Positions 40,093 to 49,500 of a stretch of 64,000 bases of DNA are shown here, one piece after another. The DNA is taken from assembly GCA_964615415.1 (NCBI GenBank), contig CAZTNI010000003.1, forward strand, positions 15,235 to 79,234. The letters are read 5' to 3'. Source of the DNA: an uncultured Candidatus Saccharibacteria bacterium. GTDB taxonomy: Bacteria; Patescibacteriota; Minisyncoccia; Phycocordibacterales; SBAW01. A program made the position numbers and the translations under genes. Below the pieces are notes generated by a model. That model ran no database searches. It saw only the letters and a list, made by a program, of their open reading frames with translations, and was not told the origin of the DNA. Numbering within the stretch: position 1 is the stretch's first letter; each line of letters begins with the position of its first letter.

Positions 40093-40713
40093 TTACTCCA
40101 GTATTCCGTCAACTAACCCAAGGGAATACAGCTCACGAGGAGTGAGAATAGTGTTTTCTTGCATCATAGAAAGCACTTCATGAGTAGTTATGTTTCGTCC
40201 TCGATCAGAAAGTATATAGGCATACTGTTCGTCTTTAATACGATCTTCTTTCGCCATAGATTCCATCTCGCTTGCGGTATATTTGCGCCCACTGTCAAAA
40301 CTTCTGCTGGCAAGATGAAGGAGTACTGTAGTATTTTTTGTTACAAATCGTTTTTGTCCTGCAAGGAGCAGTAACATGCTCGATGTGTCCACCTCGCCTG
40401 AACCGATAGTAATTAAATTAGGCCGAAGTACGTATTGCATCGTGTCATAAAAACTCATGGCGCACCCTGTTGCGCCTCCGTTCGATGTGACGATCATATA
40501 TAACTCCTTTTCAGGAGCAATATGCATGCGCGTTTTAATTTCGTCGAATACATGCTCGTTGTTTGATGCGTTTACCTGCCCAAAATATTGAATAGTCTGT
40601 TCCGGTAAAAAGAGCGGTCGAGCGATAACCGGAGATTTAGAAGTGAAAGACTGTTCAAGAGATTTATCTTCAACAATAAATCGTGGAGTGTGGCGGTGTT
40701 TATTAGAACGCAT
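40093..40713 (-). CDS. ClpP-family (peptidase S14) serine protease, divergent
   Basis: Aligns to ClpP across GGATGCAMSFYDTMQYV (GGxxxxGxxIYDTMQ) and LGLVDGILE (GLVDSILT). Ser, His and Asp sit at the catalytic-triad positions (DTSSM, LLHLA, SDRGR), but the surrounding motifs are atypical. Confidence 0.6.
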   Translation of the reverse strand: MRSNKHRHTPRFIVEDKSLEQSFTSKSPVIARPLFLPEQTIQYFGQVNASNNEHVFDEIKTRMHIAPEKELYMIVTSNGGATGCAMSFYDTMQYVLRPNLITIGSGEVDTSSMLLLLAGQKRFVTKNTTVLLHLASRSFDSGRKYTASEMESMAKEDRIKDEQYAYILSDRGRNITTHEVLSMMQENTILTPRELYSLGLVDGILE

Positions 40714-40899
40714 AGATGCTAAGAATTACTATGAATAAGTGATAATGATTCATTGTAGGAGGTAGGGAAGAAGCTTCAAGCTGAGCAATATCTGCAAACA
40801 AGTGTCAACAGTGGTGGAGAGGGACAAACGCGCGCTACACTACAAGGTATTAACCGTAGCTACAGCACACGTGTACGATTCATACACCGTGCATAACGT

Positions 40900-41109
40900 A
40901 TGACAGAAGTAGGAAAGAAATATCGTCACTATAAAGGGCATCCGTATCTCGTTATTGCAATAGCGAAGCATAGCGAAACGGAAGAAGACATGGTGATTTA
41001 TCAAGACATAGAATTTCCAGAAAAAATCTGGGCTCGCCCAAAAGGGATGTTTGAGGAAACGGTGGAGTGGGAAGGGAAGACAGTGTTGCGTTTTGCGCCG
41101 ATAGAGTAA
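40900..41109 (+). CDS. DUF1653-family small protein
   Basis: 69 aa. YRHYKGHPYLV...EEDMVIYQDIEF...WARPKGMFEE pattern. Confidence 0.55.
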   Translation: MTEVGKKYRHYKGHPYLVIAIAKHSETEEDMVIYQDIEFPEKIWARPKGMFEETVEWEGKTVLRFAPIE

Positions 41110-41137
41110 TTAAAAATTGAGAGAGCGAGTATACTAA

Positions 41138-41608
41138 GTGTATATGGAGAAAAAACGCATTGTGGCAGTCTCGGGCGGCTTCGACCCTTTGCATATTGGG
41201 CACGTGCGTATGTTTCAAGAGGCAAAGAAGCTTGGCGACCACTTGGTAGTGATTTTAAATAATGATAATTGGCTACGAACGAAGAAGGGTTTTGCATTTA
41301 TGCCCGAACACGAACGTAAAGAAATTATTCAAGCTATCCACTGTGTCGACGAGGTGATTATTACGTCGCACACAGAAGGCGATATGGACCGTAGTGTCTG
41401 TCGGGAGCTGTCCGTGGTTCGTCCACACGTGTTTGCAAACGGTGGCGACCGCAAGCCTGACGGTGATCCTGTGCCCGAAGTGGCGCTCTGTACGCAGCTT
41501 GGTATTGAGGTGATCTATAACATCGGCCATGGCGGCAAAGTGCAGTCCTCTTCGTGGCTTATTGATGCTGCACGTAAGCATGAAAAGAAGGGTACGATGA
41601 AGTCATGA
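41138..41608 (+). CDS. Cytidylyltransferase-like nucleotidyltransferase (HIGH-motif family; HldE domain II / TagD-like)
   Basis: VAVSGGFDPLHIGHVRMFQEAKKLGDHLVVIL. Confidence 0.6.
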   Translation: MYMEKKRIVAVSGGFDPLHIGHVRMFQEAKKLGDHLVVILNNDNWLRTKKGFAFMPEHERKEIIQAIHCVDEVIITSHTEGDMDRSVCRELSVVRPHVFANGGDRKPDGDPVPEVALCTQLGIEVIYNIGHGGKVQSSSWLIDAARKHEKKGTMKS

Positions 41609-42336
41609 CCCCGCTTGATCCTCTATTGTTAATTCCTGCCGCGTTTCTCGCAGGAGTCCTCATGTTTTTAGCGCCCTGCACGTTACCGCTCGTGCCAGCG
41701 TATCTTGCGTTCATTGCGGGCGGAGGGAAAGAGCGAGGCGCCATACTTAAAAATGCGGTAGCGTACGTCTTTGGCTTCTCTATTATTTTCATACTGCTCG
41801 GCATGTTTGCTGGGTCTCTTGGGGCGCTTCTTGGTCCGTGGAAAAGTTTACTCGGTCAGATCGCGGGCGGCATCATCATGCTCTTCGGCGTAACGATGCT
41901 TGGGATATTTAAAATCCCCTTGTTAACGACAGAGCGCCATATTCGCTTGCCGAAATTTTTAGTATTAGGGCATCCCCAGAGCTCCTTTTTGATAGGCGTG
42001 CTGTTTGCGCTCGGGTGGAGTCCGTGCATTGGTCCTATTCTTGGTACTGTCCTCCTGTTTGCCTCTACGTCTGCGACTGCGCTGCAGGGGGCAATCCTGC
42101 TCGCAGTTTTTTCCTTCGGACTCGGGCTCCCGTTTTTGCTAACTGCACTTCTTGTGCGAGAAGCAGGGGACACGTTCGCAAAATTTGCTCTCATTGCTCG
42201 TGCGCTCTCAATTGTGGGCGGACTCATACTGCTGTTCCTCGGTTTTCTTATGCTCACTAATCAGATGGGACTACTGCTCGTATGGGGCGAAGCGTTTCTT
42301 GAGGGTCCATACAACCTCTTGTTGCAGTACATGTAG
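41605..42336 (+). CDS. ccdA: Cytochrome c-type biogenesis / thiol-disulfide transmembrane electron transfer protein CcdA (DsbD_2 family)
   Basis: 6 TM segments. Cys motifs FLAPCTLPLVPAYL and GWSPCIGPILG. Confidence 0.7.
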   Translation: MTPLDPLLLIPAAFLAGVLMFLAPCTLPLVPAYLAFIAGGGKERGAILKNAVAYVFGFSIIFILLGMFAGSLGALLGPWKSLLGQIAGGIIMLFGVTMLGIFKIPLLTTERHIRLPKFLVLGHPQSSFLIGVLFALGWSPCIGPILGTVLLFASTSATALQGAILLAVFSFGLGLPFLLTALLVREAGDTFAKFALIARALSIVGGLILLFLGFLMLTNQMGLLLVWGEAFLEGPYNLLLQYM

Positions 42337-42377
42337 GGCTTTGTTTTTAGGCTCTCTCCGTGGTCTAATGCATCTAT

Positions 42378-42713
42378 ATGATGAAATTGGTCGCCCATAT
42401 AGTGGTTATTGCTCTTGCCGTGCTCCTCATTCCTAATGTCATTCCAGGAATCTCGGTAGACGGCTTCGGCACAGCGCTTATAGTCTCAATCGTGTGGGGG
42501 GTTATAGGTATTACCGTTAAGCCACTCCTGAACCTTTTGGCTCTTCCTATAAATCTGCTCACTTTCGGGCTGTTCTCTTTTGTTATAAACGCGCTCTTGT
42601 TCTGGCTTGTGGGGGCGTTTGTCCCAGATTTCTCGGTTGCAGGTTTCGTACCTGCGCTCCAAGGCTCACTTATTTTGGCTGTGGTTACGTGGCTTCTCCA
42701 CGCAATCTTTTAA
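42378..42713 (+). CDS. Small membrane protein, DUF360/phage_holin_4_2-like (YvlD family)
   Basis: 111 aa with 4 TM segments. A GFLxAL-type pattern. Confidence 0.5.
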   Translation: MMKLVAHIVVIALAVLLIPNVIPGISVDGFGTALIVSIVWGVIGITVKPLLNLLALPINLLTFGLFSFVINALLFWLVGAFVPDFSVAGFVPALQGSLILAVVTWLLHAIF

Positions 42714-42736
42714 TAAACCTCTCTTAGAGTAGATAT

Positions 42737-43711
42737 ATGGCTTTTGTTGATGAACTAACACTCCACGCGCGGGCAGGAAATGGCGGTACTGGGGTAACAC
42801 GCTGGCTCCACCTTAAAGGGAAGGAATTCTCGGGTCCTGCAGGAGGAAATGGCGGCGATGGTGGCGACGTATACATTCGCGCAGTACGCGATATCGGCCT
42901 CCTTGCACGCTATCGTGGCGAGAAAAAGTTCCATGCCGAGGACGGGCAACCGGGTCAGAGCTTTACCATGCACGGCAAACGAGGCGAGGATCTCGTTATC
43001 GACCTTCCTGTAGGCTCTTTTGTGCGCAATACGCAAACAGGCGAGACGTATGAACTGCTTGAAGAGGGCGAACAGAAAATGGTCTTAAAAGGGGGTCGGG
43101 GAGGTGCAGGTAACGCTGTATTTAAATCCTCGGTTAACCGAAGTCCTGAAGAAAGTATGCCAGGTGGCGTAGGCGAGGCTGCCGACCTTGTGGTCGAGCT
43201 TCGGTTGTTTGCTGACGCGGGATTTATCGGGTTTCCGAATGCCGGGAAAACGTCTCTGTTGAATGCGCTTACCGGAGCGGTAGGAAAAGTCGCTTCCTAT
43301 GCTTTCACCACTCTCGATCCGAACCTCGGGGTGTTGTATGGATACGTGCTGGCAGATATCCCAGGTCTCATCGAAGGTGCGGCGGACGGGAAAGGACTCG
43401 GTTTTAAATTTTTGCGTCACATTGCGCGTACGAAACTTCTCATTCACTGCATCTCACTAGAATCAGAGAGTCAACTACACGATTATAAGGCTATACGTAA
43501 GGAGCTTTCTAAGTTTGAAGGAGGTATCTTAGACACCAAACCAGAGATCATTTTGCTTTCCAAATCGGACATGAAAACTCCTGAAGAGGTTGAGAAAGTA
43601 AAAGAATTATTCCAACAAGAAGGGAAGGAGGTCTACTCAGTTACCATTCTTGATGACGCATCACTTAAGGCGCTTCAGGACGTGCTTGTAAAGAAGTTAG
43701 CGGTACACTAG
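42737..43711 (+). CDS. obg: GTPase Obg/CgtA
   Basis: FVDELTLHARAGNGGTGVTRW...GGNGGDGGDVY in the Obg fold; G motifs GFPNAGKTSLLNAL and DIPGLIEGA. Confidence 0.85.
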   Translation: MAFVDELTLHARAGNGGTGVTRWLHLKGKEFSGPAGGNGGDGGDVYIRAVRDIGLLARYRGEKKFHAEDGQPGQSFTMHGKRGEDLVIDLPVGSFVRNTQTGETYELLEEGEQKMVLKGGRGGAGNAVFKSSVNRSPEESMPGGVGEAADLVVELRLFADAGFIGFPNAGKTSLLNALTGAVGKVASYAFTTLDPNLGVLYGYVLADIPGLIEGAADGKGLGFKFLRHIARTKLLIHCISLESESQLHDYKAIRKELSKFEGGILDTKPEIILLSKSDMKTPEEVEKVKELFQQEGKEVYSVTILDDASLKALQDVLVKKLAVH

Positions 43712-43724
43712 AGTTACTATTTGT

Positions 43725-45140
43725 ATGGCAACGTATCGACCGACTATAGGTCTCGAGATTCATGCAGAGCTTAAAACGCGCACCAAAATGTTTTGCGCGT
43801 GCCTGAACAATCCTGACGAGGAGACTCCGAACCTCAACATTTGCCCTGTGTGCATGGCGCACCCAGGTGCGCTCCCAGTTATTAATAAGGAAGCAGTCCA
43901 TAAAGTACTTCTTGTTGGGACAGCGCTTGGTGGAGTGTTGGCGGACGACACGGAGTTTGACCGGAAAAACTATTTTTACCCAGATATTCCGAAAGGGTAT
44001 CAGATCAGCCAATATAAGCGCCCGCTTATTTCGGGAGGGCAGCTTGCTGGGGTAGCTATTACCCGTATTCACTTGGAAGAAGACACAGCTCGCTCACAGC
44101 ATGTAGGCGACAAAAGCCTTGTTGATTACAACCGTGCGGGCGTGCCTTTGATGGAATTGGTAACGGAGCCAGTTATTCATGATCCCGAGACTGCAGGGGT
44201 GTTTGCCAAAGAATTGCAGCTGATGCTGCGCTACTTAGGGGCAGGGGAGGCAAACATGGAAAAGGGCGAGATGCGCGTTGAGGCAAACATATCCATTAGT
44301 CCGGATGACACCCTGGGAACTAAGGTAGAGGTTAAGAACCTAAACTCGTTTAAAAGTGTCGAGAAAGCCATTGCCTACGAGGTTTCTCGGCAATCCAAGC
44401 TCCTCGATAAGGGAGAAAAAGTGGTCCAAGAGACGAGAGGATGGGACGATGCAAAACAAGTGACCTTCTCCCAGCGTAAAAAGGAGTCTAGTCACGACTA
44501 CCGCTACTTCCCAGACCCAGACCTTCCTAAGCTCGCTATTTCGGAGCTCCCTGAGTTTTCAAAAGTAGCCCTTGCGGCAGAGTTGCCAGAGCTCCCTCAG
44601 GCCCGTCGCGAACGCTATATCAAGCTTGGCCTTAAGCCAGAAGATGCAGACATGTTAACCCGGTCTACACAATTCGGAACTTTTTTTGATGCGTTCTTAC
44701 AAGAGGCTGTACAAGGTACGGAACTTTTAGGAGCTAACTACCTTGTAAGTGATGTGGCGGGTAAGATTGAAAAAGGGGAAATGAATGTAGAGTGGATCAC
44801 TGTACTTGCAAACGCTGCGCGGTTTGCGAAGCTCATGACCTTGTCTCAAAAGGGAACACTCTCGTCTCGGGGAATAAAAGATACGCTTTCATTAATGAAT
44901 GCTGACGGGGGAGATCCAGAAGAGATCGCAAAAAATGCAGGTCTTATACAACAGAGCGACGCAGGAGCTATTGATGCCATTGTACAGAAAATTATTGCAG
45001 CAAACGAAGGAGTGGTTGCTGACTACAAAGCAGGGAAAGAAGCAGCGCTGCAGTTTCTTGTAGGGCAAGGAATGAAGGAATCTCGCGGCTCTGCTAACCC
45101 GGGTATATTGAGAGAACGCATTATCTCGGCACTAAAGTAA
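43725..45140 (+). CDS. gatB: Asp-tRNA(Asn)/Glu-tRNA(Gln) amidotransferase subunit B
   Basis: YRPTIGLEIHAELKTRTKMFCAC...NICPVCMAHPGALPV; 471 aa. Confidence 0.9.
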   Translation: MATYRPTIGLEIHAELKTRTKMFCACLNNPDEETPNLNICPVCMAHPGALPVINKEAVHKVLLVGTALGGVLADDTEFDRKNYFYPDIPKGYQISQYKRPLISGGQLAGVAITRIHLEEDTARSQHVGDKSLVDYNRAGVPLMELVTEPVIHDPETAGVFAKELQLMLRYLGAGEANMEKGEMRVEANISISPDDTLGTKVEVKNLNSFKSVEKAIAYEVSRQSKLLDKGEKVVQETRGWDDAKQVTFSQRKKESSHDYRYFPDPDLPKLAISELPEFSKVALAAELPELPQARRERYIKLGLKPEDADMLTRSTQFGTFFDAFLQEAVQGTELLGANYLVSDVAGKIEKGEMNVEWITVLANAARFAKLMTLSQKGTLSSRGIKDTLSLMNADGGDPEEIAKNAGLIQQSDAGAIDAIVQKIIAANEGVVADYKAGKEAALQFLVGQGMKESRGSANPGILRERIISALK

Positions 45141-45176
45141 AGGTCAATTCTCGGAGCCCTATGCTATACTAATGGC

Positions 45177-45998
45177 ATGGACGAACTAGAAATATCGGGA
45201 AAGCGGTATATATCGACACGCCGTGCTGGGCGTGAGCATCAGTATCATGCTGACTATATAGGCCAGCTTATCCGTGGCGGTAAGATACAAGCTCAAAAGG
45301 TGGGCCGTTCTTGGTATGTTGATGAAGATTCTCTTGCCGAGTATCTCGGTAAAGAGCCTACTAAGCGAGAGCGTTTGGTTGAAGAGGCTCCTGTGTTGGC
45401 CTCAGAACCTATTATTGCCCCAGATCCTGTAAAGGAGGTTGAAGAAGCCCCTGTGGAAAAACAGGCGCGCGTTACTCCTTGGAAAAAAATCCCCGAAGTA
45501 TCTGCTCCTGTGGTGTCTCAAAAAGTTGCAGTAGCAAGCGATGAAGCGGAAGCTCCTGTTTCAGTCCGCATGAGTGCGGTTACGGAAGTTGGATCGCCAG
45601 CGGAGGAGCGGGAAGAGACTGGAGAGGAAAAGGAAGTCCTCGATCAAAAAGAAATAACGAATGAAGAGTTGGGCACACCAGTCACGATACGAACGTCTTC
45701 AAAAGAAGAAAAGAAAAATGTTACGTATGTGGAAGAATCGACCCCAGTCTTTCCAGTAAAGATGCGTAAAGCAAAAAAAATTGCACCCGTCGCAGCTTCA
45801 GAAGTTGTTGCAGCAGAAGAACAAAAAGATGTAGTTGTTCCAAACGACCGTGCAGTTGCTCGTCCGCTGCAATACGGTCTCGTGGCAATGCTCGGCGTCT
45901 TTGCTTTCATTGTAGTAGGAGGTATGTCCTACCTGCTTTCATATAAAGCCACTGTCGAAGGTGACCAAATGAGCGCCTCTATCACGGTAGGCAAATAA
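45177..45998 (+). CDS. Membrane-anchored protein: N-terminal excisionase-type HTH_17-like domain, Glu/Pro/Val-rich linker, C-terminal TM helix
   Basis: YISTRRAGREHQYHADYIGQLIRGGKIQAQKVGRSWYVDEDSLAEYL matches the HTH_17 consensus (...LIRsGkLpavkvGrrWrIpeedLeefL). The C-terminal TM is LVAMLGVFAFIVVGGMSYLL. The same N-terminal domain opens the downstream giant gene. Confidence 0.6.
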   Translation: MDELEISGKRYISTRRAGREHQYHADYIGQLIRGGKIQAQKVGRSWYVDEDSLAEYLGKEPTKRERLVEEAPVLASEPIIAPDPVKEVEEAPVEKQARVTPWKKIPEVSAPVVSQKVAVASDEAEAPVSVRMSAVTEVGSPAEEREETGEEKEVLDQKEITNEELGTPVTIRTSSKEEKKNVTYVEESTPVFPVKMRKAKKIAPVAASEVVAAEEQKDVVVPNDRAVARPLQYGLVAMLGVFAFIVVGGMSYLLSYKATVEGDQMSASITVGK

Positions 45999-46070
45999 AA
46001 GAGGGAAGTCTGAAAATTGCCAAAAGTCGTCAAGCTTTTATACATTCGGGATCATATTAAAAATATGTCA

Positions 46071-46100
46071 AAACCGCTCTGAAGACGAGCGGTTTTTACG
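46071..46100 (+). terminator. Intrinsic terminator
   Basis: aaaccgctc-tgaagac-gagcggttt followed by tttacgtttctt. Confidence 0.55.
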
Positions 46101-46524
46101 TTTCTTCGAAAATATAGTAGGGAGTTACTAATACAGGCTGCGAAAATTCAGGAAAATTTCTTCCGAGATTTACTATCTGCTGGACGAGATATCGATACGG
46201 CAAGACGATATACCTTTTATTTTCAACATTTATCGTTTTGAAAATATTTTACTGTATATCCGATAAAGCCTTGTTCTTGCGTTGATACAGATTTTTATAT
46301 TTTTTGAATAAATTTTCCCTTCAATAAGTGAAATAGAAATTTTTAGCAGTAGAAAAATAAACCTCAGTGAGGCCGTAGAAACGTTTTTAAGAAAGGGGCT
46401 AGTAGCCTCATTCTATCCACATATTTCCTTCAAAAAATACTCATAAATTTGAAAGTTGGCTCTACAATATTTTGTAGGGGAATAACCCGAACTCATTGTA
46501 AAACCAAAAGTTTTTTCGGATCGT

Positions 46525-49500
46525 ATGACGTCACCTAGTAAAATAATTTCAGACTCTGGGAAGCCTATGCTTCCAGCGCGCAAGGTGGCGCAGCGTCTTT
46601 CGTGCGCACAAGACTACGTTGGCAAGCTTTGTCGCGAAGGAAAACTGAAGGGCACACAGGTTCGAAATGCTTGGTTTGTTGAAGAAGATTCTATTGCTGC
46701 TTTTGAGGCTGCTCGCGAGGCTGCCCGTGAAGCCCGCTCAAAGGATCTCGCCGAATTGCGTCGTAAAGAAAGTGCGCAGTACCGCAAGACACACCCAACT
46801 CTGGATGGAATTGCGTCTTCGTGGGTAGGTCGGGGCGCTGTAGCGGCATTAGGAGCAGTATTGCTGCTGTGCTCTGTTGCGTTTGCTGGCGAGATGAACG
46901 GAACGCTTAATCTTTTTGCAGGCAAGCAGGAACAATCAGCGGCTATTGCTCAAGTTGAGTCACCATTTTTCGGCTCACATGCGTTTTCTGTTACTGTGCC
47001 GACACTTCCTACTTCAAATCTTGCAAAAGATTTTATTTCAGGAGCACTTTCATTTTTCTTTGGTAAAAAAGATACGTCACTTGCAGAGAAAACACCTACA
47101 GAGGCTCCGGTGGTGACTGATGAACAAAATGGTCTGGCCTCGCCAAGCGAGGAGAACCGAGGACCTTTTGTGCAGCAGACACCATCGGAGACTCCTGCTC
47201 GACCTGTTGTGCAGAATACGTACCCGGTTATTGAGCGCACCGTCGAGCGCGTTACTACCGTATCTGGGGTATCCGAGGAATATCTTGCGCAGCGTTTGAG
47301 TGAACTTACAAATTCTCTTAAGTCAGAAATCTTTTCTGCAATAAATTCTGTTAGCACGTCATATTCGTCAGGTGGTCCTACCAACAATATCGCACTCACG
47401 CAGCGCATCGATCGCCTTGATGGAGTGACACTTTCGAACGTGTCGGTAAACGGCATTTCTGGCTTAACTGCAAGCGATATTCCTGTACTTGCATATCTGC
47501 CGACCGCTGGTGGAATTGTGACTGGCTCGACTACTGTCGCGGCTGACTTTACTGTTTCGGGAGCACTCAGTGTTACCGGCGCAACCTCAACTTTTGCAGG
47601 TATTACTATCGCAAGTCTCGACTGTACTGCGTATGGTAACGACGGAAAGCTCACCACCGATGCGTCAGGTAACATAGTCTGCGCAGACGACTATGGAGCT
47701 GCAGGAGGCGCAGGGTCTCCAGGGGGCGCAAACACATATGTGCAGTTTAACGACAGCGGTAACTTTGGTGGCGATGCAGGTTTTGTATATAACAAGACAC
47801 TCGACCGTCTTACTGTTGTAAACGCTTCAACGACGAACTTTACTTCAGACAATGCAACGTCAACGAATCTCTTTGCAACACTTGCACGCCTCACTACTGC
47901 GACAATTTCCTCGCTTACAGTAGGTTCTCTGAACGGTCCGCTCCAGGCAAACAACGGAGTCGTCTCTGCAACGACATCGGTTGGTGTGCTCTATGGCGGA
48001 ACAGGTCTAACCACTGCACCAAGTTATGGCCAACTCCTCTTGGGTAATGCGTCAGGCGGATACGACCTTGTTGCAACATCGTCACTGGGTATTACCAGTG
48101 CGCAGTGGGGAAATATTACCGGCACTTTGTCTGACCAGACGGACCTCCAAAATGCGTTGAATGCAAAATTCTCACTTTCTGCATGGTACGCAACGACGAC
48201 TGATGGACTTGCACAAGGTGTAACGAATAAGTATTACAACGATAGTTTGGTTCTGACATACCTCGACACACTTTCAAAGGGATATTTCTTCTCAACTTCG
48301 TCGGCACAGTATTTTGTACACGCCTCTACGACAATCCCAAAGACATATACGGCGAATACATTCACTGGTTCACAAACATTTACAGGCGGCGTTACAGTAG
48401 GTTCTCTGAACGGTCCGCTCCAGGCAAACAACGGCGTCGTCTCTGCAACGACATCGGTTGGTGTGCTCTATGGCGGTACTGGGCTCACGACTGCACCAAC
48501 GTATGGTCAAGTGCTTCTTGGAAATGCCTCGGGTGGCTACGACTTGGTTGCCACGTCGTCGCTTGGTATTACGGGCGGTGGCGACCTTTCAAACTACCTC
48601 TCGCTCGCTGCGTGGTATGCAACGACGACCGACGGTCTTGCGCAGGGTTCAACAAATCGCTACTACTCAGACACACTCGTGGGCACATATATTTCAGGCT
48701 CGTCAACAGTTCCACATATTGGTGGTTCAGCATACGGTGACCTGTTGTACTGGACTGGTACGGCATGGTCAACGATCGCTACGTCATCGCTTGGAATTAC
48801 GAGCGGTTCGCTTGCGTTTAGCTATCCATTCCCAAATGCAGCAACATCAACACTTATTGCGTTTGATGGCGGACTCACTGCGTACGCATCGTCAACGATC
48901 GGCACTGGTACACAGGCGGGCGGCCTCACTATTCGCGGTGGCGCAACAACGACTGGCAATGCATATATTGCAGGTTCGTTGAATGCAGGCGCTACCACAC
49001 TTACGTCGCTTACTCTTACAAACGTCTTAACGCCAGCAAATGGCGGCACTGGTACCTCAACACCAGGTGTGTGGGGCGATGTGCTTACCTGGAACGGCAC
49101 TAACTGGCAGGGAACTGCAACGTCGTCACTTGGGTTGCCGACACTTTCTACGCTGTCATCATACGCACTTGCCTCACAAACCTTTGGCAAGGCGTGGGAG
49201 ATCACCAACGGCTATCTTGCACCAACATCAACGCTCGGCATTATTGTCGCAGCATCTTCAACAATTGGTAACGGTACTGCAGCAGGAGGACTCACTGTTA
49301 ACGGTACCGCAACAACAACATTGCTTGCTATTACAGGTCCTGGCACTTCGACGATCGCAAGTAACATCCGCATGAGTGGAGATATTATTCCTTCGGTAGA
49401 CAATACGTATTCATTGGGTAGCGAACTGTACTCATGGAAAGAAGTATTTATCGGTCCAGGCTCGCTCTACGTTAATGGTCAGCAAGTTATCTCAACGAAC

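Noticed and set aside
40093-42713. Possible prophage remnant (ClpP-like protease, holin-family-4-like membrane protein, DUF1653)
   Set aside because: There are no capsid, portal, terminase, integrase or attachment-site repeats. The genes are interspersed with ccdA and a cytidylyltransferase. The holin_4_2/DUF360 family is common as a non-phage membrane protein.
34402-46524. Search for tRNA/tmRNA/RNase P/SRP RNA genes in the intergenic regions (34.4-34.9 kb, 36.4-36.7 kb, 40.7-40.9 kb, 46.0-46.5 kb)
   Set aside because: No GTTCGAATCC/GGTTCGA T-loop boxes, cloverleaf-compatible stems or other recognisable conserved RNA motifs were found by eye. Only the unclassified sRNA candidate at 34552-34620 is retained.
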